DNA of 60,125 bases from Candidatus Hydrothermarchaeota archaeon (GTDB lineage Archaea > Hydrothermarchaeota > Hydrothermarchaeia > Hydrothermarchaeales > BMS3B). The DNA lies in the NCBI GenBank assembly GCA_015521565.1, contig WANX01000078.1:1-60125 (forward strand). The letters run 5' to 3'. Below the pieces are notes generated by a model that worked only from the letters and a program-made list of their open reading frames with translations, was not told the DNA's origin and made no database searches. Shown here piece by piece: positions 44,171-53,379 of this stretch. Position 1 is the first letter of the stretch. Each line of letters opens with the position of its first letter. The position numbers and the translations under genes are program-made.

Positions 44171-45274
44171 CTACTCCCTGGCATACCCATCTCTGGTGGC
44201 GCACTGCTGGATAACCTCGCCAACCCTTTCTGAATACCATCCCCTCCTTATATACTCCGGATAAATCGGAAGCCTCTGCCTGAGCTCAATCCCGAGCTCC
44301 ACTACCAGCCTGTGAATTTCTGCCTCCTCCGGCCATGCATCCTCCGGATTTATGTAATCCCTGGTTATGGGCGAAATACCCCCCAGGTCATTGGCACCCT
44401 GCAGCAGGAAAAGCGCGTAGGTGCGCCGGTTCAGATTTGGTGGAACCTGCACCCCCTGCCCTTCAAACAGCTCTGAAGCGGCTCGCACAACCTTGAGCAT
44501 TTTGAAAAGACTCGGCTCCGGAAAGCTTTCCATGGGCGTTCCCCTCTTGGGTCTGAAGTTCTGTATTATTATCTCCTGGATGTGCCCGTATCTGTCGCTA
44601 AGCTTTTTGATGGCAAGGAGCGATTCCGCTATCTCGCGGGTGTTTTCACCTATGCCTATGAGCAGGCCCGTGGTGAAAGGAATCTTCAGCCTGCCCGCAA
44701 GCTCAATCATGCGCAGTCTTTCCCCGGGACGCTTTCCCGGACTGTGCTCATGCGGCATCCCCCTCTGGCACAGCCTCTCGCTTATGCTCTCCAGCATCAG
44801 CCCCATGCTGGCGTTTACCTCGCGCAGGGTGCGGAGTTCCTGGTACCCCACCACGCCGGGATTTGTGTGGGGCAGAAGGCCCAGTCCGAGCGCCTTTTCG
44901 CACAGGTGGTAGAGGTACTCCAGAATATCTGCATACCCGAGCTTCGAAAGCGTTCTTTCAATCTCCGGGTGTTCCTCCGGTCTCTCTCCGAAGGTGAAAA
45001 GCGCCTCTCTGCACCTCAGTCTGGCACCGGCCCTCAGCAGACGTAGCACTTCCCCTTCTTTCATGAGGTAGGGGTTGTCTGAGCGGAAGCCGCAGTAGGC
45101 ACAGGCGTTGCGGCAGGCATTTGTGAGGGGAATAAAGAGGTTCCTGGAGTATGTCACAACATCCGGAATCCTGGCAGGTCTTAGCCTGGAGAAGCCCCTG
45201 GCGCCGGCGTCGAGTATCTGGAGCAGGTTTTCAGCCTGCATAGCATCCCCACACCGGGTAGCAAGGGCAACCAT
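44171..45274 (-). CDS. cofG: FO synthase subunit 1 (CofG), radical SAM
   Basis: LTNACRNACAYCGF cluster and CofG-like length (367 aa). Adjacent to cofH. Confidence 0.85.
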   Translation of the reverse strand: MVALATRCGDAMQAENLLQILDAGARGFSRLRPARIPDVVTYSRNLFIPLTNACRNACAYCGFRSDNPYLMKEGEVLRLLRAGARLRCREALFTFGERPEEHPEIERTLSKLGYADILEYLYHLCEKALGLGLLPHTNPGVVGYQELRTLREVNASMGLMLESISERLCQRGMPHEHSPGKRPGERLRMIELAGRLKIPFTTGLLIGIGENTREIAESLLAIKKLSDRYGHIQEIIIQNFRPKRGTPMESFPEPSLFKMLKVVRAASELFEGQGVQVPPNLNRRTYALFLLQGANDLGGISPITRDYINPEDAWPEEAEIHRLVVELGIELRQRLPIYPEYIRRGWYSERVGEVIQQCATRDGYARE

Positions 45275-45348
45275 AGTTGTACATTTTCCTTTTCATTTTT
45301 GCTCAGGTTAACTTTCGTGGTCTAAGACACTATTACTGCCTGAAATGT

Positions 45349-45377
45349 TTATAAATTTTCTTGCAAAAAATTTATAA
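45349..45377. promoter_or_regulatory. inverted repeat of two TATA-like boxes in a divergent promoter
   Basis: ttataaatttt (45349-45359), a 7-nt spacer, then aaaatttataa (45367-45377). Lies between cofG (minus) and tfe (plus). Confidence 0.45.
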
Positions 45378-45426
45378 TCTCCTGAATACATAATAATTAT
45401 GGTTTTTATCCCGGAGGCGCAGGAGA

Positions 45427-45951
45427 GTGGATAACGGAAAATCTGTGCTCAGTGATCCAGAGGCAAAAAGGTTCCTGAGTGAGATACTGGACGAAGAGGG
45501 TCTGGATGTGGTGTACTCCCTGCTTGACAGGGAGGCCACCGATGAGGAAATAGCAGAGAAGACAGGTATAAAAATAAACACTGTGCGCAGGGTGCTTTAC
45601 AAGCTGTACGATTACAGGCTGGCAAGCTATGTGCGCACAAAGGATGCGGAAATAGGATGGTACATCTACACCTGGAAGCTCGACCTGAAGAGGATATACG
45701 ACCTGATAAGACTGAGAAAGCAGCGCATGCTGGATGAGCTTACCCGTGAGCTGGAGTCGATGAGGGACAGGGTGTTTTTTGCATGCCGCAAGGATGATAA
45801 ATATGTGCCTTTTGAGGAGGCTTCTGAGCTCCAGTTCAGGTGCCCCGTCTGCGAGGGGGTGCTGGAGTATGTGGATTCTGAGGAGAGGATGAGGCAGCTC
45901 CAGCAGGAAATAGAGAGGCTGCAGAAGGAGCTGAGCAACGGCCACTACTGA
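45427..45951 (+). CDS. tfe: transcription factor E (TFE alpha)
   Basis: wHTH TDEEIAEKTGIKINTVRRVLYKLYDYRLASY..GWYIYTW and Zn ribbon FRCPVCEG. GTG start. Confidence 0.85.
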   Translation: MDNGKSVLSDPEAKRFLSEILDEEGLDVVYSLLDREATDEEIAEKTGIKINTVRRVLYKLYDYRLASYVRTKDAEIGWYIYTWKLDLKRIYDLIRLRKQRMLDELTRELESMRDRVFFACRKDDKYVPFEEASELQFRCPVCEGVLEYVDSEERMRQLQQEIERLQKELSNGHY

Positions 45952-45977
45952 ATTTCTATTTCTCGAGAGGGTCTGAT

Positions 45978-46493
45978 GTGGTGCCCACAGCAGAGGAGGC
46001 GCTGGAGATTCTGCGCAGGTGCCGCGTGCCCCGGAGGGTTGTGGAGCACAGTTTAGCCGTAGCAGAACTCGCCACAGAGCTTGGAGCGAGGGCTGTGGTT
46101 CCCCTGGATATGGGGCTCGTCAGAGCCGGTGCACTTCTTCATGACATAGGAAGGTCGCGCACCCACGGTGTGAGACACGCCGTAGAGGGTGCGGAGCTTG
46201 CCAGAGAGCTGGGTCTGGATGAAAGGCTGGTGAGAATAATTGAGCGTCACATTGGCGCAGGAATAACCCGTGAGGAGGCGCGCAGGCTGGGTCTTCCTCC
46301 GGGGGACTACATCCCCAGGACCCGGGAAGAGAAGCTGGTGGCATATGCGGACAACCTCATCATGGGCACGCGGAGGCTCAGCCTGGAAGAGAGCCTGGAG
46401 AGGTTCAGACGGGTGCTGGGCAGGGGTCATCCATCGATTAAACGCATGATTGAGCTTCACAGAGAGGTAAGCTCCTGGCTTGACCGTCGCTAA
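45978..46493 (+). CDS. HD-domain phosphohydrolase (TIGR00295-like)
   Basis: HSLAVAELA, LLHDIGR, and IIERHIGAGI motifs. Confidence 0.75.
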   Translation: MVPTAEEALEILRRCRVPRRVVEHSLAVAELATELGARAVVPLDMGLVRAGALLHDIGRSRTHGVRHAVEGAELARELGLDERLVRIIERHIGAGITREEARRLGLPPGDYIPRTREEKLVAYADNLIMGTRRLSLEESLERFRRVLGRGHPSIKRMIELHREVSSWLDRR

Positions 46494-47290
46494 CCTATGT
46501 AGCTTAGCCTCTCGTCCTTCGCCGCGGGTGCCTTGTACATCTCTGCCAGCTGCCGGGCGTATTCCTCCATCTTGGCGAACTCCTTCTCCATAGCCTCGAT
46601 CTGTTCATCCAGCTCCTTCGTCTGTATCTCAAGCTTCAGAAGCTTCTCCAGCGCCTTGACAGCGGCCTTGCTTGCCTTCGGGTCCGGGTACATTCCCTGG
46701 GTCTCAGCCAGCAGACAGGTGCTCTGGAAGCCATTCTTTGCGGCAAGAGGTATGAGGATTCCCGCCAGCCCTGTGGCTCCCAGAGTGCCCCTGGGTGCCT
46801 CCAGCAGGGGTATTCCGGCCTTCTCCAGCAGAGCTTTCGCCTCCAGGGTGGCAACCACACCGAAGGTGCGGGGCTCCTCTATCTTGGCACCCGTACCGTA
46901 GCCGCCGAGGGTGTAGATTTCCCTTACTCCCACCTCCTCGCAGAATTCAAGAATCGCATGGGCCAGATTGTAATAGCTTTCTGGAGAGCTGCCCTGGTAT
47001 ATGCCTGTGAGAATGAAAATCTCGTTCTTCGGGTCGTAGTATATCTCATCCCTGTGGAGGTCCACCAGGTTCTCCTCCCCGTACACCACTCCGGGAAGTG
47101 CCACATTGGGATACAGGAAGTCCACAGAGTACAGGTTTGCTATCTTTTCGGCACCCAGTGCATCGATAATCTGTCTTCCCGCCATGAGGCCAACCTGACC
47201 CACACCAAGCAGCCCCTGCACAAATCTGCCGTGTTTTGCCCTGGGTTTCTTGATGTATTCTATGGTAGCCTTCCCCACCTTGAACTTCAT
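46490..47290 (-). CDS. PAC2-family proteasome assembly chaperone-like protein
   Basis: LLGVGQVGLMAGRQIID...IYTLGGYG pattern and a C-terminal helical tail. Confidence 0.65.
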   Translation of the reverse strand: MKFKVGKATIEYIKKPRAKHGRFVQGLLGVGQVGLMAGRQIIDALGAEKIANLYSVDFLYPNVALPGVVYGEENLVDLHRDEIYYDPKNEIFILTGIYQGSSPESYYNLAHAILEFCEEVGVREIYTLGGYGTGAKIEEPRTFGVVATLEAKALLEKAGIPLLEAPRGTLGATGLAGILIPLAAKNGFQSTCLLAETQGMYPDPKASKAAVKALEKLLKLEIQTKELDEQIEAMEKEFAKMEEYARQLAEMYKAPAAKDERLSYIG

Positions 47291-47343
47291 AAGTATAAGT
47301 TGCCACAGGGCTTATATAAAGGTATTTCAGCAGAGCCCGGGGA

Positions 47344-48237
47344 TCAGGCCACAAGTCTGCAGAAGGCGCACCTGCGCGAGGTGGTGGGGAAACCGCACAC
47401 TTCGCACTCACCTGCCCCGCCCCGACCTTCCGGAGGGGAGAATATCTCACGGTGCTTCAGAAATTCACGGTAGAAGTAGAGCTTTGTGCCGGGAGAGCGC
47501 TCCTCTATGCGGTTTAGGGCCTCCTTCATGGTTATGCTCGTGGCTCGCTCCGAGTAGGGGCACTCCAGCTCATATACGTATTCTATCCCCTTTAAAAGCG
47601 CGTAGGCTGCTGTCTCACGCTCTGTAAGCAGGCAGAGAGGCTTCACTTTTGGCACGAGCCTTGGATGCCACGCCTCCAGCCGGGGCCCCTGTCTGGCGAG
47701 GAGGTCCATGTTCCAGCGCAGCAGATTTGCAAGGAGAACGCTTGCTTCGTCGTCCAGGTTGTGGCCGGTGGCGAGAACCGTGTACCCGCCTTCAAGAGCG
47801 GTGCTGTCCATCAAATGGCGCTTCACAATTCCGCATACTCCGCAGACGCTGCGAGTGCTGCGCCTGGCAAGCCTTGGAACTGTTGTGCCGTATTCTCTGC
47901 GGAGGTCAACAACCTCCAGCTTGATGCCTCTCTGCTCCGCAAAGGCAAGGGCCCTGCGCTTTGAAATCTCAGAGTAGTTTTCACGGCTTATTCCAAGGTC
48001 TATGTAAACACCCTCTGCGCTGTAGCCCAGCTCAAGAAGCACATCCCAGAGGGCGAGCGAATCCTTACCTCCGGATACCGCAACAAGCACGCGGTCACGC
48101 TTCGAAAGCAGACGGTACTCCTTTATGGTACGCTTCACCACACTGAGGAATCGCTCAAAGAAGTGCTCTCTGCACAGTGCGAGCCGGTGGCTCCGCAGAT
48201 GAATTACCGCCTCTTCAGAACATTTCCTGCAGCGCAT
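47344..48237 (-). CDS. ttuA: tRNA 2-thiolation ATPase, TtuA/Ncs6(NcsA) family
   Basis: N-terminal CRKC..LCREH finger, PP-loop VAVSGGKDS, and C-terminal CEVCG...CAFC finger. Confidence 0.8.
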   Translation of the reverse strand: MRCRKCSEEAVIHLRSHRLALCREHFFERFLSVVKRTIKEYRLLSKRDRVLVAVSGGKDSLALWDVLLELGYSAEGVYIDLGISRENYSEISKRRALAFAEQRGIKLEVVDLRREYGTTVPRLARRSTRSVCGVCGIVKRHLMDSTALEGGYTVLATGHNLDDEASVLLANLLRWNMDLLARQGPRLEAWHPRLVPKVKPLCLLTERETAAYALLKGIEYVYELECPYSERATSITMKEALNRIEERSPGTKLYFYREFLKHREIFSPPEGRGGAGECEVCGFPTTSRRCAFCRLVA

Positions 48238-48432
48238 TCAACCACCGGATATGGCAGGAATTACCTCAAGTACATCTCCATCGCGGAGACGGTAGTCCTC
48301 TGTTACCAGTCTTTTTCCAACCCGCGTAATAACACCTTCCAGACTCAGGCCAAGCTTCTCAACCGCATGCCTGACACTGGTACCCGGCTCCACCTTTAGC
48401 TCTCTGTCCCTGTATTTTACCCTTGCAGCCAT
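48238..48432 (-). CDS. MoaD/ThiS-family ubiquitin-like sulfur carrier (TtuB/SAMP-like)
   Basis: 64 aa ending in the ...VIPAISGG diglycine. Lies directly upstream of the thiolase with no spacer. Confidence 0.8.
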   Translation of the reverse strand: MAARVKYRDRELKVEPGTSVRHAVEKLGLSLEGVITRVGKRLVTEDYRLRDGDVLEVIPAISGG

Positions 48433-48557
48433 GGAGCAGAGTTATTGCGACATGGGGGTAAATATTTTTGGGTGGCAGGCCATTTCGGTGTCTCCTGGGT
48501 TTTTAACCCGGCAGTTGTACTGCCCCTCACTGTCCGCACTCCAGGCGGGCGGGTGGC

Positions 48558-49454
48558 TCAGTGCTGCTCCACGGGAAACTTCTCGTAGAGCTGCCTGCGC
48601 CTCGCTTCCAGCATCAGCTCCTCCCTGCCCGCGAACTGCGCTGCGCTGAGCACGCGCTTTCCAAGCCTCCCGGCAGCCTCGAAGACAGCGCCCAGCTTCT
48701 GCCTCCACTCCAGGTCGCGCAGCAGGTGGTGGTCCAGCACCATGGTGCGAACTCTTGTCTGCTCCAGGATTTTGACCAGGTTTTCCACCGTCGCTTCAAA
48801 GCTTCGCTGAGAGTAGCGGTAGCCCAGCATGTAGCTCATGGGTCCGTCGATGTACACGACTTCCGGATTATGCTGCAGTATGAACCCGGCCTGCTCCTTT
48901 ACGCTGGGCCCCTCCACATCGCTGCTGAAGACAAAGCACTCCTCCCCGCGGCGAACCGCAAGCTCTGTGACGTAGCCAAGCCTCGGATTTGTTCCGTGGA
49001 AGACCGGCTGTGAGAACACCAGCTGTGTGTCACCGAATTCAAAGCTCCTGCCGTCGCAGTACTCTACACGCTCCGGAAGCTCTCCCAGCTGCTCCAGGAA
49101 ATAGCTCGCCCTGCGCCTCTGGCTCAGGTTGATTTTTTCTCCGGGGTGCTTCAGCAGCGCTATCTTGCCCTCGTATATCTCCGGCTCCTCCGGGGAGTGG
49201 TGGTCGTAGTGGTAGTGGGTCACCACCAGCACTTCGCTGCGCTCGGCGTAGCTCTTGATTCTCTCCCAGTCCTCCTCCAGCTTCTGATACTCAAGAGGAT
49301 GCGGGGGCAACCCGTACCTTCTCGGCCCAAGAGCTACTCCGGGGTCGAGGAGCACCCTAACGTCGCGGGTCTCAACGTAGCTTGCCATACTCCTCGTACC
49401 CATCGAATCGCTCGCCAGGAGCTCTATCTTCATGGTAAATAATCCAGCGACCAA
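48558..49454 (-). CDS. metallo-beta-lactamase-fold hydrolase (UPF0282-like)
   Basis: VVTHYHYDHH motif. The N-terminus MKIELLASDSMGTRSM suggests the alternative start at 49433. Confidence 0.7.
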   Translation of the reverse strand: MVAGLFTMKIELLASDSMGTRSMASYVETRDVRVLLDPGVALGPRRYGLPPHPLEYQKLEEDWERIKSYAERSEVLVVTHYHYDHHSPEEPEIYEGKIALLKHPGEKINLSQRRRASYFLEQLGELPERVEYCDGRSFEFGDTQLVFSQPVFHGTNPRLGYVTELAVRRGEECFVFSSDVEGPSVKEQAGFILQHNPEVVYIDGPMSYMLGYRYSQRSFEATVENLVKILEQTRVRTMVLDHHLLRDLEWRQKLGAVFEAAGRLGKRVLSAAQFAGREELMLEARRRQLYEKFPVEQH

Positions 49455-49485
49455 GGTTTAAATATCTGCCTGTCCAGGTTTTTTC

Positions 49486-50256
49486 ATGACCTTCAGGATA
49501 CCCTTCGGAAGGAACGAGAAGCTTCGTCAGGTGGTCAGGAGGATAGATGCCAGCGAGAAGCTCAGGGCTTATATCGAAGCGGCCAACACCAACGCCATTG
49601 CAAGGCTTGGATACAACGACCACGGTTATGTGCACGCGAAGATTGTTGCCAACCTGGCTTTGAAGATGCTCCGGGTGCTGATGAAGCGTGGTTTGAAGCC
49701 GGGAATTGTGAAAGACCACAGCCTGCTTGAGGAGGATGCCGAAGTTGTTGTGGTGCTCGCCTCGGTGCTGCACGACATAGGCATGGCTGTGCACAGGACA
49801 AAGCACGTGGAGTACGGCGTTGCACTCGCATACCCCCTGCTCAATGAGCTGCTTGAGGGAATATACGGGGAGCGCGCAAGGGCGGCGGTTGTAAGTGAGG
49901 TGCTGCACGCCATCTCGAGCCATGAAGCAGGTGTGAAACCCCTTACCCTTGAGGCAGGGATAGTCACCGTGGCAGATGCTCTCGATATGGCGGGCGGCAG
50001 GGCGAGAATACCCTTCTCCAGGGGTAAGGTGGACATTCACAGCGTCTCCGCCATGGCGATCGCCGGCGTCGAGGTGGAAGAGGGCGAGGAAGTGCCCCTG
50101 AAAATTAAGATAAGAATGACCAACTCCGCAGGTATCTTCCAGATAGACCAGCTTTTAAAGCCGAGGGTTGTTGAATCCGGGCTGAAGGATTATCTCCACA
50201 TAGAAGCTGAGATAGCCGGCGAGGAGAAGAGAATACTGGAGAGAATTGAGCTGTAG
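49486..50256 (+). CDS. HD-domain phosphohydrolase
   Basis: HGYVHAKIV and VLHDIGMAVHR motifs. Confidence 0.7.
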   Translation: MTFRIPFGRNEKLRQVVRRIDASEKLRAYIEAANTNAIARLGYNDHGYVHAKIVANLALKMLRVLMKRGLKPGIVKDHSLLEEDAEVVVVLASVLHDIGMAVHRTKHVEYGVALAYPLLNELLEGIYGERARAAVVSEVLHAISSHEAGVKPLTLEAGIVTVADALDMAGGRARIPFSRGKVDIHSVSAMAIAGVEVEEGEEVPLKIKIRMTNSAGIFQIDQLLKPRVVESGLKDYLHIEAEIAGEEKRILERIEL

Positions 50257-50293
50257 CGTTAGCTATATATCACCTCCACTCAAAATAATAAGT

Positions 50294-51130
50294 ATGCAGG
50301 ACGCAGGCTTTGTGGGCTCACTCATCTGGTGGCTCCTGATATTCTACCTGGTACTGGGGCCGCAGCTCCAGCACCGCAGCTTGCAGGCGGCGCGCCAGAA
50401 GCTGCTCAGAAAGCTGGGGGAAAGACGGGGCAGCAAGGTCATAACCTTAATACACAGACAGGAGAGCATCGGGTTGTTCGGCATACCCTTCTACAGGTTC
50501 ATAGACGTGGACGACTCGGAGCAGGTGCTGAGGGCGATTCGCTCCACGCCGGAGGACAAGCCCATCGACCTTATCGTCCATACCCCCGGCGGCCTCGTGC
50601 TGGCAGCCAGCCAGATTGCCAGGGCGGTGAAGGAGCACCCCGCAAAGACGACTGTTATAGTCCCCCACTATGCCATGAGCGGCGGCACACTTATTGCGCT
50701 CGCTGCGGATGAGATACTCATGGACCCCAACGCGGTGCTCGGTCCCGTGGACCCGCAGATAAGGGAGTTTCCGGCTCCTTCGATTTTGAAGGCGGTGGAG
50801 CAGAAGGGAGCGGACAAAGTGAAGGATGAGACGCTGATAATGGCGGATTTAGCAAATAAGGCGATTTCTCAGATTCAGAATCTTGTTTTGGAGCTTTTGA
50901 GAGATAAATACGGCGAAGAGAAGGCAGAGGAGCTCGCGAGGGCGCTGACAGAGGGCAGATGGACCCACGACTTTCCCATAACCTGCGACGTTGCTTCGCA
51001 GCTCGGTCTCAGGGTGAGCACCTCCGTGCCTGAGGAGGTGTACGCGCTGATGGAGCTCTATCCCCAGCCCATAACAAAGCGCCAGCCCAGTGTGGAATTC
51101 TCCCCCACGCCGAGCAGGCAGCAGAAGTAG
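50294..51130 (+). CDS. membrane-anchored ClpP-fold serine protease (SDH/SppA-like family)
   Basis: N-terminal TM segment, then DLIVHTPGGLVLAASQIA and YAMSGGTLIALAADEILM..LGPVDPQ. Confidence 0.7.
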   Translation: MQDAGFVGSLIWWLLIFYLVLGPQLQHRSLQAARQKLLRKLGERRGSKVITLIHRQESIGLFGIPFYRFIDVDDSEQVLRAIRSTPEDKPIDLIVHTPGGLVLAASQIARAVKEHPAKTTVIVPHYAMSGGTLIALAADEILMDPNAVLGPVDPQIREFPAPSILKAVEQKGADKVKDETLIMADLANKAISQIQNLVLELLRDKYGEEKAEELARALTEGRWTHDFPITCDVASQLGLRVSTSVPEEVYALMELYPQPITKRQPSVEFSPTPSRQQK

Positions 51131-51775
51131 CTACTTCAGAATCACTATTTTACCCCTGCCCTTCTTGAATCTCCTCACCCTGCCCCTGTGCTCAAGCTCT
51201 GCCAGCATGAGGCTGAGCTTCGCCTCAGAGCAGCCCAGCCTCCTTCTGAGGTCGCTCTGCTTCATTCTTCCCCCCTCTCTTTTTAGAATCTCCACCACCC
51301 GGGAGAGGTCCTCGGGCAGGGGTTCTTCCTGAGCTCTGCGTCTGTGCAGAAGGTAGGCTGCGGCGGAGAGGAGCAGAATCAGCGCCAAAAACAACAAATA
51401 GGTACTCGTGCCCGTCTCTTTCTGCTCCTCCGGTACCAGCAGCTCTATATCCTCAAACAGGAGCTCCTCCTCCAGCACCGGGAAGAGTATCAGGTCGATT
51501 CTGTAGCTTCCATTGGCGAGCACATCCACCCGCTCCTGTGCCTCCAGCCTGAGCAGATTTTTCTCGTAGTACTTTGCCCTGAGCAGATAGCTTCCCTCCG
51601 GCACAGTAAAGGAGTAGCTTCCATCTCTGGAGACAAGCATCTGCTCCGGAGTGGTGTTTATCTCAACCACCACATTTTCCACAGGTTCGAAGGTTTCCCA
51701 GCTGTATATGCTGCCAAAAATCTCAGCCCCCTGAACGGTGCCAGAGCAGAGGAGTAAAAACAGGAGTACTCTCAT
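51131..51775 (-). CDS. membrane-anchored winged-helix protein with carboxypeptidase-regulatory-like extracellular domain
   Basis: MRVLLFLLLCSGTVQG signal peptide. DGSYSFTVPEGSYLLRA beta-sandwich motif. TM segment YLLFLALILLLSAAAYLL. wHTH VVEILKREGGRMKQSDLRRRLGCSEAKLSLMLAELEHRGRVRR. Confidence 0.7.
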   Translation of the reverse strand: MRVLLFLLLCSGTVQGAEIFGSIYSWETFEPVENVVVEINTTPEQMLVSRDGSYSFTVPEGSYLLRAKYYEKNLLRLEAQERVDVLANGSYRIDLILFPVLEEELLFEDIELLVPEEQKETGTSTYLLFLALILLLSAAAYLLHRRRAQEEPLPEDLSRVVEILKREGGRMKQSDLRRRLGCSEAKLSLMLAELEHRGRVRRFKKGRGKIVILK

Positions 51776-51940
51776 AAAGGATAATACTGTCTCGTACAAT
51801 TAAATATTTTTCTATAAAGTAAAATAAATAAAATGCAGCTGGAGTAAACAGAAATAAAGGGTTATAAAGCTTTGAAAATTTCTGCTTCGAAAGTATGCTT
51901 TTATTAACCAACCTGAAAGATGCTGACGGAGGTGATAAAA

Positions 51941-53119
51941 ATGAAAGCAATGAAACTGCTTTCAATAGCTCTGGTGGCGATGCTGGCGCTCAGCCTGCTT
52001 CCGCCGGGTTACGCGCAGCCGCCACCTGTGAAGAAGGCAGAGGAGAGATACAAGGCGGCCAAGAGCAGCTATCTGAGCGCTATGGAGATGTACAAGAACG
52101 CCAGGCAGGACTTTATGAAGATACGTGGGCCTGCGAAGCGTGGAACGGTGCCCTTTGATAAGCTGCAGAACTTCGTGCTCCGCAGCATTGATGCCATGAT
52201 AGCGCACATAGAGCTGGTCAAGGCCAGGGTGGAGATGAGCGGAGCGCTCACAGAGGAGGAGAAGTTGGAGGCTATTGAGAGGCTGGATATCTACGTGTCG
52301 TATCTGAAGGAGAAGCGGATTGAAGCAGAGCAGGCGGAGAACCGGGAGCAGCTCCTGAAGGTTGGCAGGGAGGTAAGAACAAAGTGGCTGGAGGTTAGAC
52401 TTGAGGTCAGGAAAATCGCAGGCAGGGTGATAATTTCCAGAATTGACAGGATCCTGACCAGGGCAGAGGGGATAGGCGACAGGCTGGAGGTGCGCGTGGA
52501 AGCGCTGAGCGAAGCAGGGGAGGACACCACGGAGCTTGAGGCTCTGCTTCAGCAGTACAGAGAACACCTCTCCCTTGCCGCAGAGAAGAGAAACATGGCA
52601 GAAGAAAAGCTGAATGCTGTCACTTCCCCGGAAGATGCCGGAAGCCTGAGAGAGGCACACACCTACCTGAGGGAAACAAACAGACATATTAAGGAGATGT
52701 TTGTGGCACTGAGGCAGATAGCCAGGGAGCTCAGGGATAGGGAGGTCACCGTCACAGGCTTCGGTGCCCTGTTTGCAAGGGGCAACGGCAGCGCGGTGCT
52801 TCGGGGTGATGGCGGTGTGTTTGTCTCAGGAAACGGCACGCTGACGGTGAAGGTAAGCAGCGGCAGAGTTCGCGTGGTGGGTGCAGGAGAAAAGCAGGAG
52901 AACGAAGATGGCAGCGTCACCTACAGCGGATTTGGAAGAGCAAAGGTGGTGGGCAGAGGTATCCATGTCAGCGTAACCGGTGAAAATCTGCTCATCAGGG
53001 CAGTTGGAAGGGGCACCGCAGAGCTCTCCGGCACTGGTGAGTGGCGCACCGTCAGAGTGGCCGGCAGCAGCTGGAGCGGAGAGGTCAGCTACGGAGGTGA
53101 GGTGAATGAGAGCAGTTAG
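51941..53119 (+). CDS. secreted helical protein with C-terminal Gly-rich beta-repeat region
   Basis: GGAGGTGA lies 5 nt upstream of ATG 51941. Signal peptide MKAMKLLSIALVAMLALSLLPPGYA. About 270 aa of helical/coiled-coil sequence, then the repeats VTGFG..RGNG..RGDG..SGNG..GAG..GRG. Confidence 0.65.
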   Translation: MKAMKLLSIALVAMLALSLLPPGYAQPPPVKKAEERYKAAKSSYLSAMEMYKNARQDFMKIRGPAKRGTVPFDKLQNFVLRSIDAMIAHIELVKARVEMSGALTEEEKLEAIERLDIYVSYLKEKRIEAEQAENREQLLKVGREVRTKWLEVRLEVRKIAGRVIISRIDRILTRAEGIGDRLEVRVEALSEAGEDTTELEALLQQYREHLSLAAEKRNMAEEKLNAVTSPEDAGSLREAHTYLRETNRHIKEMFVALRQIARELRDREVTVTGFGALFARGNGSAVLRGDGGVFVSGNGTLTVKVSSGRVRVVGAGEKQENEDGSVTYSGFGRAKVVGRGIHVSVTGENLLIRAVGRGTAELSGTGEWRTVRVAGSSWSGEVSYGGEVNESS

Positions 53120-53354
53120 TTTGCTGCTGACCCTGACGCTGCTGGGCCTCTTCACGGGCTGCGCTCAGGTGGACGGGAAGGGACAGCAGATTACGCCTGC
53201 GGATACACAGGAATCTTACCCGGAGAGGGAAGCTCCGCAGTCTCAGGTTAATACAGAGGACACCGAAATAGACTCGCTTCTCCAGGAGATTCAGATGCTG
53301 GATGAGTTCCTCGGCGAAATAGAGGGCATAGATAGCATCGAAGCGGAGTTTTAG
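53106..53354 (+). CDS. small acidic lipoprotein
   Basis: MRAVSLLLTLTLLGLFTGC lipobox. GGAGGTGAGGTGA RBS. 14-nt overlap with the upstream gene. Confidence 0.6.
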   Translation: MRAVSLLLTLTLLGLFTGCAQVDGKGQQITPADTQESYPEREAPQSQVNTEDTEIDSLLQEIQMLDEFLGEIEGIDSIEAEF

Positions 53355-53367
53355 GGGGTTTTCCCCC
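53354..53367. terminator. GGGGG-TTTT-CCCCC hairpin between convergent genes, followed by a T run
   Basis: Read directly from the sequence. It sits in the 25-nt gap between stop 53352-53354 (+) and stop 53380-53382 (-). TTTTTT lies at 53376-53381. Confidence 0.5.
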
Positions 53368-53379
53368 AACTTCAGTTTT

